Part shown: positions 51,034 to 61,130 of the stretch, in pieces | Position numbering within the stretch: position 1 is the first letter of the stretch | How the letters are laid out: every line of letters starts with the position of its first letter | NCBI GenBank assembly: GCA_002269645.1 | Contig: NIVC01002344.1 | Location: 117,950-181,949 of the forward strand | Direction: 5' to 3' | DNA: 64,000 nucleotides | Source of the DNA: Macrostomum lignano | Taxonomy: Eukaryota | Translations under genes and position numbers: made by a program | Notes under the pieces: generated by a model | Told to the model about the DNA's origin: nothing | What the model saw: only the letters and a program-made list of their open reading frames with translations | Database searches by the model: none

Positions 51034-52071
51034 ATGACAGATCAGAAACTTAAAAAACTCTACTACAGCGACAAAGGATTCTTTGTAGGCAAAAATGCCG
51101 TTAGTAAACTCATGGAGCTGAGTAAGGAACCAAAAGCTACAGTAGAAAAATGGCTCTCTAAGCAGGCTGTCTTTCAAGTCTATTTCCCACCAGTAAAATT
51201 TGAAAGACCTCACTTTAACATCTATAAACCTAACGAGGCGCACCAAGCAGATCTTTTGTTTCTCCCCAACGACTCAGGCTACAAGTATGCTCTTACAATT
51301 ACAGACGTTGCCTCCAGATATAAGGAAGCGAGACCGCTTAAGACGAAAAAGTCAGAGGTTGTTGCCAGCGCACTTCAAGAGATCTATGAAACCTCTCCTC
51401 TAACCTATCCAGAAATCTTTATGACCGACCCGGGTAAGGAATTCATGGGTGCAGTGAAATCCCTTATGGAAAAGCACAATACAGAGATTCGCTACGGAAG
51501 AACAAACTTGCACAGGGATCAAGCGTACGTTGAGAGATTCAATCTAACTCTAGCCAAGAGGCTATTCACTAAGCAGACAGCTGAAGAGCTGAAACTAAAA
51601 AGTGGTCAGTACTATACCAAGTGGACAGAAAGACTCCCCACTGTTATAGAGCAACTGAACAATGAAGTCACACGCATGACTGGATTGAAACCATCCCATG
51701 CAATTAAACAAGACACTGTCGAACTTAAGGCATCTCATAGAACAGACAACAACACGACAACCCCACACAACACGCACAACACAAAACACACCTCGAACTA
51801 CCCTAAGCTTCCAGGAGTTGAATCACCATACATACTGACAAACTCTGAGTTTCTACGCTTTTTATATCTACCTGGAGAGCTAGAGAAAGACACCAAAAGA
51901 AGAGCTACAGATCCATACTTCAGCCTTGATGTGCATAAAATAGACAGACATTTTACCTCCGACTCCGGTGACTATTACTTTTTATCTCAAGCCTTTAACC
52001 CTAAATCCCCCACGCGGTCATTCACTAGAGCTGAACTCCTAGTGATACCAGCTGACACAGAAATTAATTAA
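51034..52071 (+). CDS. INT: Retroviral-like DDE integrase (345 aa)
   Basis: HQADLLF, ITDVASRY, FMTDPGKEF, ERFNLTL. Intact frame. Confidence 0.95.
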   Translation: MTDQKLKKLYYSDKGFFVGKNAVSKLMELSKEPKATVEKWLSKQAVFQVYFPPVKFERPHFNIYKPNEAHQADLLFLPNDSGYKYALTITDVASRYKEARPLKTKKSEVVASALQEIYETSPLTYPEIFMTDPGKEFMGAVKSLMEKHNTEIRYGRTNLHRDQAYVERFNLTLAKRLFTKQTAEELKLKSGQYYTKWTERLPTVIEQLNNEVTRMTGLKPSHAIKQDTVELKASHRTDNNTTTPHNTHNTKHTSNYPKLPGVESPYILTNSEFLRFLYLPGELEKDTKRRATDPYFSLDVHKIDRHFTSDSGDYYFLSQAFNPKSPTRSFTRAELLVIPADTEIN

Positions 52072-52087
52072 AATATTAAAATAAAAA

Positions 52088-52534
52088 ATGACAAAGATTG
52101 AAACCAGAACCATCAATAAACTCAATAAAATCATTGAATCAAAGAAACCAGGTCTTATATCAATTAAAGGTGTCAAAGTAAAAATCGATCCCACGCAGCA
52201 AATACTTCAGTGTAATGAGCAAAGACACAGCATCACAGATGAAAAGTCAGGAGGAATCCTACCATTAGCAGCTCTTATTCCGATCATTGCAGGCGCTGTA
52301 AGTGCCGCAGGTGGTGTAGCTGGAGGTGTAGCAACTGCTGTTAAAGCTGGTAATGATAGAGCCCACCAGCTTGAATTGCAAAAGATTGCAAGAGACAAAG
52401 GTATAACAATTAAGGCAGGAGAGGGCTGCCCCGATCGTGATGATTGTGAGCATGAAAATTCTGTAAGCAAGTCTGACATTGTCAAAGCTATCATGACACT
52501 GCACAATGCTGGGTTTACAATAATGCGTATGTGA
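52088..52534 (+). CDS. Adenovirus pX/mu-precursor-like hydrophobic virion protein (148 aa)
   Basis: KSGG-ILPLAALIPIIAGAVSAAGGVA resembles the mastadenovirus pX C-terminal segment GG-ILPLLIPLIAAAIGAVPGIA. Confidence 0.65.
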   Translation: MTKIETRTINKLNKIIESKKPGLISIKGVKVKIDPTQQILQCNEQRHSITDEKSGGILPLAALIPIIAGAVSAAGGVAGGVATAVKAGNDRAHQLELQKIARDKGITIKAGEGCPDRDDCEHENSVSKSDIVKAIMTLHNAGFTIMRM

Positions 52535-52659
52535 TGAGGTTTAAAACCCCACTTTATCCAGCTTCATAAACCTAGCGCTACTTATAGGATGTAGAAACAG
52601 TTCAACTTTTCTATCAGGGTGGTAACCCTCAAATTTTTTTTTATATTTTAGAGAAAAAA

Positions 52660-55600
52660 ATGCCAAAAGCCAATCCAGCAAGAGATTTAGTCAACAAATA
52701 TTTTTCAAAAGGCGTCTCATTTCAAGACAAAAGTAATTCACTAAGAGAAGCATGTAAACAAAAGTTTAACACCGACCCTGGTCACCTGGGAAGCTATGAA
52801 AAACAGTTGGAAATCATCAATCAATTAGAATCAACCAGTATGCGCCTATAAAAAATTCTGCAAAGGAACACCAAGAGAGGAGTCGCAACTTAGTTAACAA
52901 ATACGAAACTCTCACTGGTGAAAAAGCAAAGTACCCACAAAATAAGCAGGAACAAGAGAAATTAGAGCAATTAATCCATTTAAAAGAGTCGGAGCTTGCC
53001 ACTGAAGAGATTAATTTTGCACAGAAAGTTTACAGAACATTACATAGAGTACACAATCCCAATTAACGGCACCAACGGTACCACCGCAAACATCTACGAC
53101 TATAAAGACAGCATCCAATCAGTTGTTGATCACACACTCAAAACACGCAAGACTTTAAACTACAGATATCATTCAAGATTGCGTTTTATATGCCTGCGAA
53201 ACCCACTGAGCATCTCGAGTATTACATGACAACAAAGGCAAAGCCATTCACCCCTACAGACACACTGGATCCTTTCCTTCAAGATGTCACTAAGAAAATT
53301 GAAGCGTTTACATCCAGAGGTTCCGGATGGGTCGTGGGAGGGATTCAAAGAGCGACTGTCATGGTCATGAAATATGACCCACTTAAAGCCTCCTCTTATA
53401 TAGAGCTCCCACATAAGCTAGCCGGCAAAAAAGCTTGCATAAATGTTAAAAATAAAGACAATTGCTGTGCTCTATGGGCAGTTCTTTCTGCACTTTTTGT
53501 GTCCCTCACCACCCCGAAAGAACCTCAAATTATCAAAATTATTTCAACTACTATCTCATCGAATGCGAAAAGAAGGGAATCAGGTTTGACAAAGGAGGCT
53601 TGGCGATCTCTCAGATCCCAAAGCTAGAAGAAGTGTTTAATAACAAAATTAGAATCACAGTCTTTGAGTGGAGTGAAAAACTGAGAAAGTTCAACCGGTC
53701 AGATGTAGCAAAGACGTTTTAGATCCTGAGGGGAAAAGGCGGACTGAAGTGGATCTTCTAGTGATTGGTAATTTACTAGAGGAGGCTCACTATGTTTGGA
53801 TTAAAGATCTTTCAAGACTCATTCACAAGCAGTTGAATAATCATCACGAGGCTGTTGCCATCTGCCGCTTGTGCCTTAAGCATTACAGTGGACCTGAACG
53901 CTTTGAAAAACTAGCAGAGCATGAATTATCATGCGAGGATCACCCAACAAACTGCTCTCTTCCTTCAGCTGAAGAGAAGTATCTCCGTTTAAGAACTATC
54001 ACAAGATGGAGAAGCTCCCATTTGTTGTATATGCTGATTTCGAATGCTCAATCGTGCCGGAAACTCAAAAACAAACTCAAACTCAAAAACATGTCCCCAA
54101 TTCAGTAGCATATGCCTTTATTAATACAAAAGGACTTGTTGAGTATAATTATTTCTTTGGAGAGCAGTGTGTGGAGCAGTTTATTGCCAGAATGTTAGAG
54201 TTGCAAAAAGTGATTAGCACCCTTCAACCTGTTCCAATAATGATGTCTGAGGAGGATGAAAGCAATTTCCTATCAGCAACTCATTGCCACATCTGCAGGA
54301 AACATTTAACTTGCACTAATATTAAAAACCCCACCGTTAGGGACCACTGCCACTTTACTGGGAAATTTAGAGGTGCAGCGCATAACACCTGTAATCTAAA
54401 GCTAAAATCGAACATTCATGATCTAACGATATTTTGTCACAACGCAAAGAACTATGACATGCATTTAATAGTTGAAAAAATCGGCATGATTCCAGACATA
54501 CACCTTGATTGCATCGCAGAGAACAAGGAGAAGTTTAAGTGTGTTGATATTAAACAGGATAATTTAGGTAAAGGTAAAATAAGACTGAAGGATTCATATC
54601 AATTTCTAGCTGCCAGTCTAGACGAACTAAGCAAGAATCTAAAAGATGAACAATGTACATATACAAAGATGTTTGCAAGTAAAATTAACAACAGTGATGA
54701 ATCATTTAAACTTTTAAGAAAGAAAGGCTTCTACCCCTATGAAAATATTACTGGGTATCACGTATTTGAAGAAGGTTTACCACCACAGGAGAAGTTCTTT
54801 TCAAAGCTAACAGACTCTGGAATCTCTGACAAAGACTATGAGCACGCGAAGCATGTCTATAATTACTTTAATTGTCAAAACTTCTTCCAGTATCACCTGC
54901 TTTACCTCTTCACAGATGTGTTTCTGCTGGCCGATGTGTTTGAAACCTTCAGATACACCTGGTACACAGCATATGGCCTCGATCCAGCACATTATGTGTC
55001 TCTGCCTGCCACTAGCTGGGAATCTTTGCTTAAAATGAAATGGGATCAAGATCCAGATTGGTACATTGAACTTCTTACAGACATTGACATGTACAATTTT
55101 GTCGAATCGTCAAAGCGAGGGGGGATCTCAATTTGTGTTAACAGGTATGCAAAAGCAAACAATCCCTACATTGAATCTTACAATAAGGAGCAGCCCTCAA
55201 ACTACATTACTTACTTGGACGCTAATAATCTCTACGGGTGGGCGATGAGTCAAGATCTTCCAGTTAGAGATTTTCGATGGCTACCCTCATCAGAATTCAA
55301 AGGACTTTTCATTGGCTGCCATTTATGAGGTTGATGTTTACATTCCACCAGAGCTTCACGACTATTTCTCTGACTTTCCACCCTTCCCAGAGAACATCAA
55401 GTGCCCGAAAATAATCGAAACTCCCAATGATAATAATGGAACTTGGCACCTGTCAGGAACAGAAAAAGAACATACAGAGAAACTAACACAGAATCTAAAC
55501 AACAAGACACGTTACAAAATCCATTACAAACTGCTTCAGTATTTTATCTCACTTGGTTGCAGGGTCACCAAAGTTCACCGGGCTCTTACATTTACAGAGG

Positions 55601-56489
55601 AAGCGTGGATGAAACCCTACATTGATAAGAACACCCAGTTTAGGACCAAAGCAACCAACGACTTTGACAAGAACCTCTTTAAGTTGGCCAACAACTCTGT
55701 CTATGGCAAGACTCTTGAGAATGAGCGGAAAAGAACAAACCTGAAACTTGTTACCTCATCAGAGCCTGCTGTTATTCAGGCAAATATGTCAAAGCCAACG
55801 TTCAAAGAACTCCATATCTTTAATAGCTACTTAGGTGTGATCATATTTTACAAAACCAAGGTGACGCTGCGCAAGCCGATCTATACAGGTGTCACTGTTC
55901 TCGACGAATCAAAACGTTTGATGTACCAGTTCTTCTATGGCATGAAGCAGCAGTACAAGGATAAAATGAAACTCTTGTACACTGACACAGACAGTTTTAT
56001 TATGGACATTCAAACAGAGGACATTTATCAGGACATGCTGCAGCAAAAAGATTTGTTTGACTTGTCTGAGTATGATGAATTTTGTAGGACACAGAATGGC
56101 GATCAAATGTTTGACGCCACTAACAAGAAAGTGATTGGGAAAATGAAGGACGAGATTGTGGTGACATAATCACTGAATTCATTGGGTTGAGAGCAAAGTC
56201 CTATTTTATAAAATGTGAGTCGTCAGACCCAATTAAAAAATCAAAGGGAATTCCGAAACGTGTGGTTAGGAAGGAAATTAATGAAGCTGAATACAGAGAC
56301 GCCTTGAATTGCAACAAAAAGACATCACATGAGTTCTCAAAGCTACAATCTAAAAACCATATTATTCACACAATTCAGCAAAAGAAGATTGGACTGTCAG
56401 GTGCAGATAACAAGAGATTCATTTTTGATGACAATATCAACAGTCTACCGTTCGGGCATTGGAGATTAGGTTTAGGAGGTTGGGTTTAG
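52660..56489 (+). pseudogene. POLB: Protein-primed family B DNA polymerase with N-terminal TP/vOTU-like region; at least 6 frameshifts
   Basis: GSGW, INVKNKDNCC, HYVWIKDLSRL, ExoI YADFE, EndoVII-like CHIC..VRDHCHFTGKFRGAAHNTCN, ExoII HNAKNYD, ExoIII DVFLLADVF, RGG, YLDANNLYGWAM, KLANNSVYGK, YTDTDS. The 52660-52995 N-terminal assignment is tentative. Confidence 0.93.
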
Positions 56490-56542
56490 GAGGTGGAGGT
56501 TGGGTTTAGGTTTAAGAGAAAGTTTAATAAACCTCATAAAAA

Positions 56543-56944
56543 ATGACAACAAATAACTTTCTTGAAGATTTGGCTAACGAACTGGAAATCCCAAACTTTA
56601 GAGGAATATTTATGAGGGACACTCTGCCTGATTTTCCTCTAAGAAAAGAATGCGGCATCATGAACTTTGACAGCACCGATAAGCCAGGATCTCATTGGGT
56701 TTGCTGGGTGATTGATCCCGATCGCAAGCACAAGTGTTATTACTTCGATAGCTATGGGACGGCAGTACCAGAAGAGCTAAGAAATTATATGAAGGGAAAA
56801 AATAATAAAAAAATTTATCGCTCAGACTTTATTCTCCAAGGTCTTAGCAGTGATATTTGCGGTGAGCTGTGCATGACTGTTTTGTATGCAATGACCAAAA
56901 CACGAAAGACCTACAAGGAAATTATTCGTACCTGTGTTTCATAA
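56543..56944 (+). CDS. PRO: Adenain/Ulp1-like cysteine maturation protease (133 aa)
   Basis: GSHWVC (His), YYFDSYG (Asp), LQGLSSDICGELC (Gln, Cys). Confidence 0.93.
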   Translation: MTTNNFLEDLANELEIPNFRGIFMRDTLPDFPLRKECGIMNFDSTDKPGSHWVCWVIDPDRKHKCYYFDSYGTAVPEELRNYMKGKNNKKIYRSDFILQGLSSDICGELCMTVLYAMTKTRKTYKEIIRTCVS

Positions 56945-56948
56945 GGGT

Positions 56949-57661
56949 TCATTGTGCATTCCTCGTTGTACTTCTCGTTGTCCTTCTTTCCACATAGTGT
57001 TGAAGAACTTTCTCGAGTTCATTTCTCTGCTGACTCATGTCATCAGTACCGACCATGTTCAAGTTCATTCGAATTGATTGTTCATAAAGATCCTGAATGG
57101 TTTTGAACTCATCCTCTGAAATGAACTTATCCTCGATTGCCCTTGAAATGTACCCTATGATTGAAGTGTGCACCCCTTTCTCTTTTACTTGCTTCTCCTG
57201 TAGCTGCTTTAGTTTTTTTCGCCTGTTTCGCGCTAATGCTCCAGTAATTGCTGAAATAAGTCCACATGCAGCACCCACAGAGCCGAGCGGGATTGCGATT
57301 GGGGCTGTGATGACTGGCAACACTGAGACAGCTGCAGCAGATCCAGATAGAACAGACACAGATCCTAGAATCATATTGCTGTAGTCGAAAAATTTACAGT
57401 GGTTGTCATAGCGCTTAATTTTCTTTGTGTTGTGGAAAATATTTTTTTCAAGATCATCGCGCATTTTTTGAATCTCCACTAGTCGAAACTGTTGAGAGTT
57501 ACAAGTAATGACGGGGTAGAGTTTTTGTTGCTCATATTGGGTGCATTCAGATTCGGTGCCAGGTTTTGTGTGTTCGAATTCGGTGCCATTGAGTTTGGTG
57601 CTGTCGGTATTTTAGGTTCAACGTATTGAGACTGATCGTATAGAGAATTTTGTTGGGCCAT
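56949..57661 (-). CDS. Hairpin-membrane protein with PTAP and LYPVI motifs (one 1-nt frameshift near 57524)
   Basis: ATG at 57661 (MAQQNSLYDQ...KIPTAPNS). Adding one A to the A5 run joins ...SNKKLYPVITCNSQQFRLVEIQKMRDDLEK, a ~48-aa hydrophobic stretch and basic RNRRKKLK. Confidence 0.7.
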
Positions 57662-57698
57662 TTTTTTCCCTAGAAAAAAAAATAAAAAAATTAAAAAA

Positions 57699-58358
57699 CT
57701 ACCCAGTTGAAAGATCTGTTTTCTTTTTGATAATTTCATCTGCAGAAATGACCGGACGAGCAGCAGATTCTGCTTCATCAATAGCAATATCACGAAGATT
57801 GAGTGTTCTCTCCAGACGATTAAGCCTCCTTAGTATTTTACCCCAAGAGCTATACATTCCGTTTAGATAGCTACTGTGTGATACATCCTTTCTCTTTAAT
57901 GCTTCAAGTCTTTCTTTGATTCGATCATGCAACGATGTTGACTGAGTCATGAACTCTTCTAAATTATTTACTTTAGCTGTGTTTGTGAAAACTCCTCCTT
58001 CGAGAATACGCATCCGTCTATCAGTGGAATTTCCCAGAAGATTAACTGATGATCTCAAGCCGTTGATTAGCGAGACTATCGAAGTTATTTCTGACCTTAG
58101 TTCATTAGTTGCGTTTAACAACGGCACATAAAGCTTATCACTTTCAAACTTCTGCCTAGCTACTTTAAGCCTGAGATCTTCCATGTTTATTTGCAACTGG
58201 TGCATGGAGCGCTCTAGGGCTTTCAGTCTGTTTTTATTCAGTTTGATCTCTGGGATCTTTTCGTCGCTGTTGATATATCGCCTGTCAAGGATGGATATCT
58301 GAGCTGATGTAAGAGCGCTGTTGCCAGAAATGGATTCACCTGCAAAGTTTATCGACAT
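57699..58358 (-). CDS. Polinton coiled-coil protein of unknown function (219 aa)
   Basis: Intact ORF with heptad-rich helices and an A-rich context before the ATG. Confidence 0.7.
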   Translation of the reverse strand: MSINFAGESISGNSALTSAQISILDRRYINSDEKIPEIKLNKNRLKALERSMHQLQINMEDLRLKVARQKFESDKLYVPLLNATNELRSEITSIVSLINGLRSSVNLLGNSTDRRMRILEGGVFTNTAKVNNLEEFMTQSTSLHDRIKERLEALKRKDVSHSSYLNGMYSSWGKILRRLNRLERTLNLRDIAIDEAESAARPVISADEIIKKKTDLSTG

Positions 58359-58374
58359 CTTTTAATAGCAAATT

Positions 58375-59175
58375 TTAAATTACAGTTCTTTTTTCTTTGC
58401 TGATAATCACAAACTGGTAAGGCTGATTCCACTTGTCATAGCAAAGATTAACGAATTCCTCTTGTGAAATCTTTCTGCTTGAGTTTTTTGTTGGATTTAT
58501 GAAATAGGCAGGCGCAATGACCTCATTGTAAAATCTTTTTAACCTGTCCTGTGGAATGGTTGGAAACAGGAGAATCAGATTGCAGTTCCCACGAATTGTT
58601 TTTTTCGGGAGCTCGAACCAATTCTGTGCAATGTAAATTACATTACAATTGTTATGTCGCCCTCTTGTAAAATAGTTTTCTATCTGCTTCTGTGGGCCTG
58701 TCATACAATCATCAAAGACGATCAAATGCTTTCTCCCCTTTTCTAGCTCATCTGGTTGGGGTAGAAGTTTGGTCTTTGGATCAGCCTGTGGATCTCCATA
58801 GGTGAACACTTTAATGTTCTGCCATTTTTCATTGTCTTTGAGGTGCTTTGCATATTCAGCAGCTACAATTTCTGGGTTACTGGGAAGGCTCATTTGGTTA
58901 TTAAAACATTGAATAATGTCCTCTTTGTTCAGTTTGTTTTGCAATCCAGAAATCAGCATTTTATACTCATCTTGATACAATGTGGGAGAGTAGATGTGCA
59001 GAGTGTCATAGTCGATAAAGCCAGGTCTAAGAAGCATGTTAAAGACTCTGAATGTTTTACCTGAACCTGATGAACCAACAACAATGCATCTGAAGTGACT
59101 CGGGATTGACTCATGATGAGAAAACTTAATCTGATTACGCGTCCAGTGAGGATTGAAGTCGCTTGAAAAGTCCAT
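58375..59175 (-). CDS. A32/FtsK-HerA-family genome packaging ATPase (266 aa)
   Basis: Walker A GSSGSGKT, Walker B LIVFDD, RGRHNN, IAQNWF, IRGNC. Confidence 0.95.
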   Translation of the reverse strand: MDFSSDFNPHWTRNQIKFSHHESIPSHFRCIVVGSSGSGKTFRVFNMLLRPGFIDYDTLHIYSPTLYQDEYKMLISGLQNKLNKEDIIQCFNNQMSLPSNPEIVAAEYAKHLKDNEKWQNIKVFTYGDPQADPKTKLLPQPDELEKGRKHLIVFDDCMTGPQKQIENYFTRGRHNNCNVIYIAQNWFELPKKTIRGNCNLILLFPTIPQDRLKRFYNEVIAPAYFINPTKNSSRKISQEEFVNLCYDKWNQPYQFVIISKEKRTVI

Positions 59176-59219
59176 TTTTTTCTATGATAAAATTTTTTTT
59201 AATAATAAATAATTTAGAA

Positions 59220-59427
59220 GATGTGTCATTTTGGGACTTAGATGTGTCATTTTGGGACTTAGATGTGTCATTTTGGGACTTAGATGTGTCATTTTGGGAC
59301 TTAGATGTGTCATTTTGGGACTTAGATGTGTCATTTTGGGACTTAGATGTGTCATTTTGGGACTTAGATGTGTCATTTTGGGACTTAGATGTGTCATTTT
59401 GGGACTTAGATGTGTCATTTTGGGACT
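59220..59427. repeat. 21-bp perfect VNTR inside the Polinton (gatgtgtcattttgggactta x ~10)
   Basis: Directly visible, upstream of the ATPase ATG. Confidence 0.95.
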
Positions 59428-59470
59428 AGTCTTGTACCTTTACATTTCTTGTACCCTCGGAAAGTACCCT

Positions 59471-59869
59471 TTAGTCAAATTTGAAACCACTTCCTTTTTT
59501 AATGCTAGCTCTCATCTTCTCATAGACTGCAGGGTCCACACTGTCTGGATTTGGGGCCAGCGAAGCCAGCGGAGCCAGCGGGGCCAGTGGAGGTTGAATC
59601 TCTTGTTTAGGTGTTACAGTATCCTTTATCTTTTTGGCTGCTGTGGCTACACTGCCACCCGCTTCGGCAACGTTCTTGATGTTCTCTTTGTTCTCTCCAA
59701 TGACCTTAAAAATCTTGGCCCCCTGAGCGATCAAATCGGCAAGGCCATTCCCAGAGCGTTCTTTTCTTGGATAGTGGCCTGCAGGGAATAGTCCAGATCC
59801 GCGTTTAATGAGATTAAGTTCCTCTTTGTCATAGTATTTGTCCACGTCTTTCTCAAAAATAAGTGGCAT
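59471..59869 (-). CDS. Small virion-type protein with GxG motifs and an amphipathic helix (132 aa)
   Basis: ATG at 59869. RGSG, SGNG-LADLIAQGAKIFKVIG, C-terminal KGSGFKFD. Confidence 0.7.
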   Translation of the reverse strand: MPLIFEKDVDKYYDKEELNLIKRGSGLFPAGHYPRKERSGNGLADLIAQGAKIFKVIGENKENIKNVAEAGGSVATAAKKIKDTVTPKQEIQPPLAPLAPLASLAPNPDSVDPAVYEKMRASIKKGSGFKFD

Positions 59870-59885
59870 TTTTACTTGAAATAAA

Positions 59886-61100
59886 TTATTTTTTGTTGAA
59901 CCGCGAAAGCAGAAGCTCTCTCGCCCGTTTGTCAATATACTTCTTTTCCATCATTTTGTCCAGGATGTTGACAAATTCTTTTCTATTTTCATCTTTCATT
60001 CCGGTCTTTGCCGCTCCTAGAAGAACCGCTACTCGCTTGTAGAATTCAGGCATGCCTTTTCCGGAAGAGCTTGGAGGTGATTCGAATGATTGGTCAGAGG
60101 AGGAACTGTCATGTGGCGCTTGTCTTTGTTGAGGTGTGAATACTCTGTCATTGATTCGCTTCATTCGTTCTGGGGAGAGCCGCTCTAATTGTCGCCAAGT
60201 ATCAGGGTTTGTATCTTTGTACTGGGAAATCTCATTTGGCCCTGCTTTTTCAAGCGCTTCTAGTACTTGTTCGGGTGTGATTTGTTGCTGTGGCGGTGGA
60301 GGTTGTTGTGGTTGTGGTTGTGTTTGTGGTTGCTGCTGTTGTGGTTGTTGTAGTTGTTGTTTTGGTTGCTGCTGTTGTGGTTGCTGCTGTTGTGGCTGTG
60401 GTTGTTGTGGTTGTTGTCTTATGACCTCTTCTTGATCCGGCAAACCAAACCATTGTTTAAAGTATTTGTATTTTCTAAACCTGTTCAAGTCAATCCTGTT
60501 TTCATGTAAAACTTTCAAAACACCGTTGTTCTTGAGAATGTCGATGTCCCTCTCTAAAGCGAAGGTAACCAGATCTCTATAATTCTTTAATTGCTTCTCG
60601 GATATTTTTTCCTGATTTTTAGTCATGTAGTCGAGTAAACTTTGAGTGAAGGGGATTCGTTTAGTTTCTGCGCCTTTATTGATTGAAATAGTTTCCTTCG
60701 TCACTTCAATGTTGTAATCCGCCGGTTCCCCGGTGATATTTTTTCGCCAGGCGCTAATTCCAAATATATATTTTCCATCATCCGTTACGGGGCCAAAAAA
60801 GTTATCTGTCACTTTCATCTGCACTGGTTGTCCTGGTTGCTGAGCCTGTGGTTGTCCCGGTGAAGATGGAATTTTACCCAATGTGTTTTGCAACTGGCTC
60901 TCTTGAATATCATCAATTGTTTCCTTCACAGTGTCGATGTTTTTCTTCGCTTCTGTGTATCCAGGTTTGTGAAATTCGGTGGCTGCTTGGACGAATTCAT
61001 TGTAAGATTGTTGTTCTTTGTTGATTAGTCCGGTAACTCGTTTCTCTGCTTGCGCCAGCTTTTCTAGTTCAGAGATATGATATGAACTTTTCCGCTTCAT
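59886..61100 (-). CDS. Polinton protein (404 aa) with a Q/P-rich tract and a C-terminal helical motif (possibly PZ-like)
   Basis: Intact ORF ending SGKG-MPEFYKRVAVLLGAAKTG...EFVNILDKMMEKKYID. The PZ assignment is inference. Confidence 0.7.
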   Translation of the reverse strand: MKRKSSYHISELEKLAQAEKRVTGLINKEQQSYNEFVQAATEFHKPGYTEAKKNIDTVKETIDDIQESQLQNTLGKIPSSPGQPQAQQPGQPVQMKVTDNFFGPVTDDGKYIFGISAWRKNITGEPADYNIEVTKETISINKGAETKRIPFTQSLLDYMTKNQEKISEKQLKNYRDLVTFALERDIDILKNNGVLKVLHENRIDLNRFRKYKYFKQWFGLPDQEEVIRQQPQQPQPQQQQPQQQQPKQQLQQPQQQQPQTQPQPQQPPPPQQQITPEQVLEALEKAGPNEISQYKDTNPDTWRQLERLSPERMKRINDRVFTPQQRQAPHDSSSSDQSFESPPSSSGKGMPEFYKRVAVLLGAAKTGMKDENRKEFVNILDKMMEKKYIDKRARELLLSRFNKK

Positions 61101-61130
61101 TTCTTATTTTATTTTATTTTTAGTTAAAAA

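Noticed and set aside
51004-51246. 247-aa N-terminally extended PLA2 ORF from the track
   Set aside because: The extension is antisense to the integrase start. The ATG at 51003 has the A-rich context shared by the other genes.
56465-56515. Telomere-like tttagg/gggtttagg repeats after PolB
   Set aside because: Short, irregular and internal to the element; not a true (TTAGGG)n tract.
57515-57530. Programmed -1 ribosomal frameshift in the PTAP/LYPVI gene
   Set aside because: C AAA AAC is not a canonical X XXY YYZ slippery site. A homopolymer deletion (mutation or sequencing error) is simpler.
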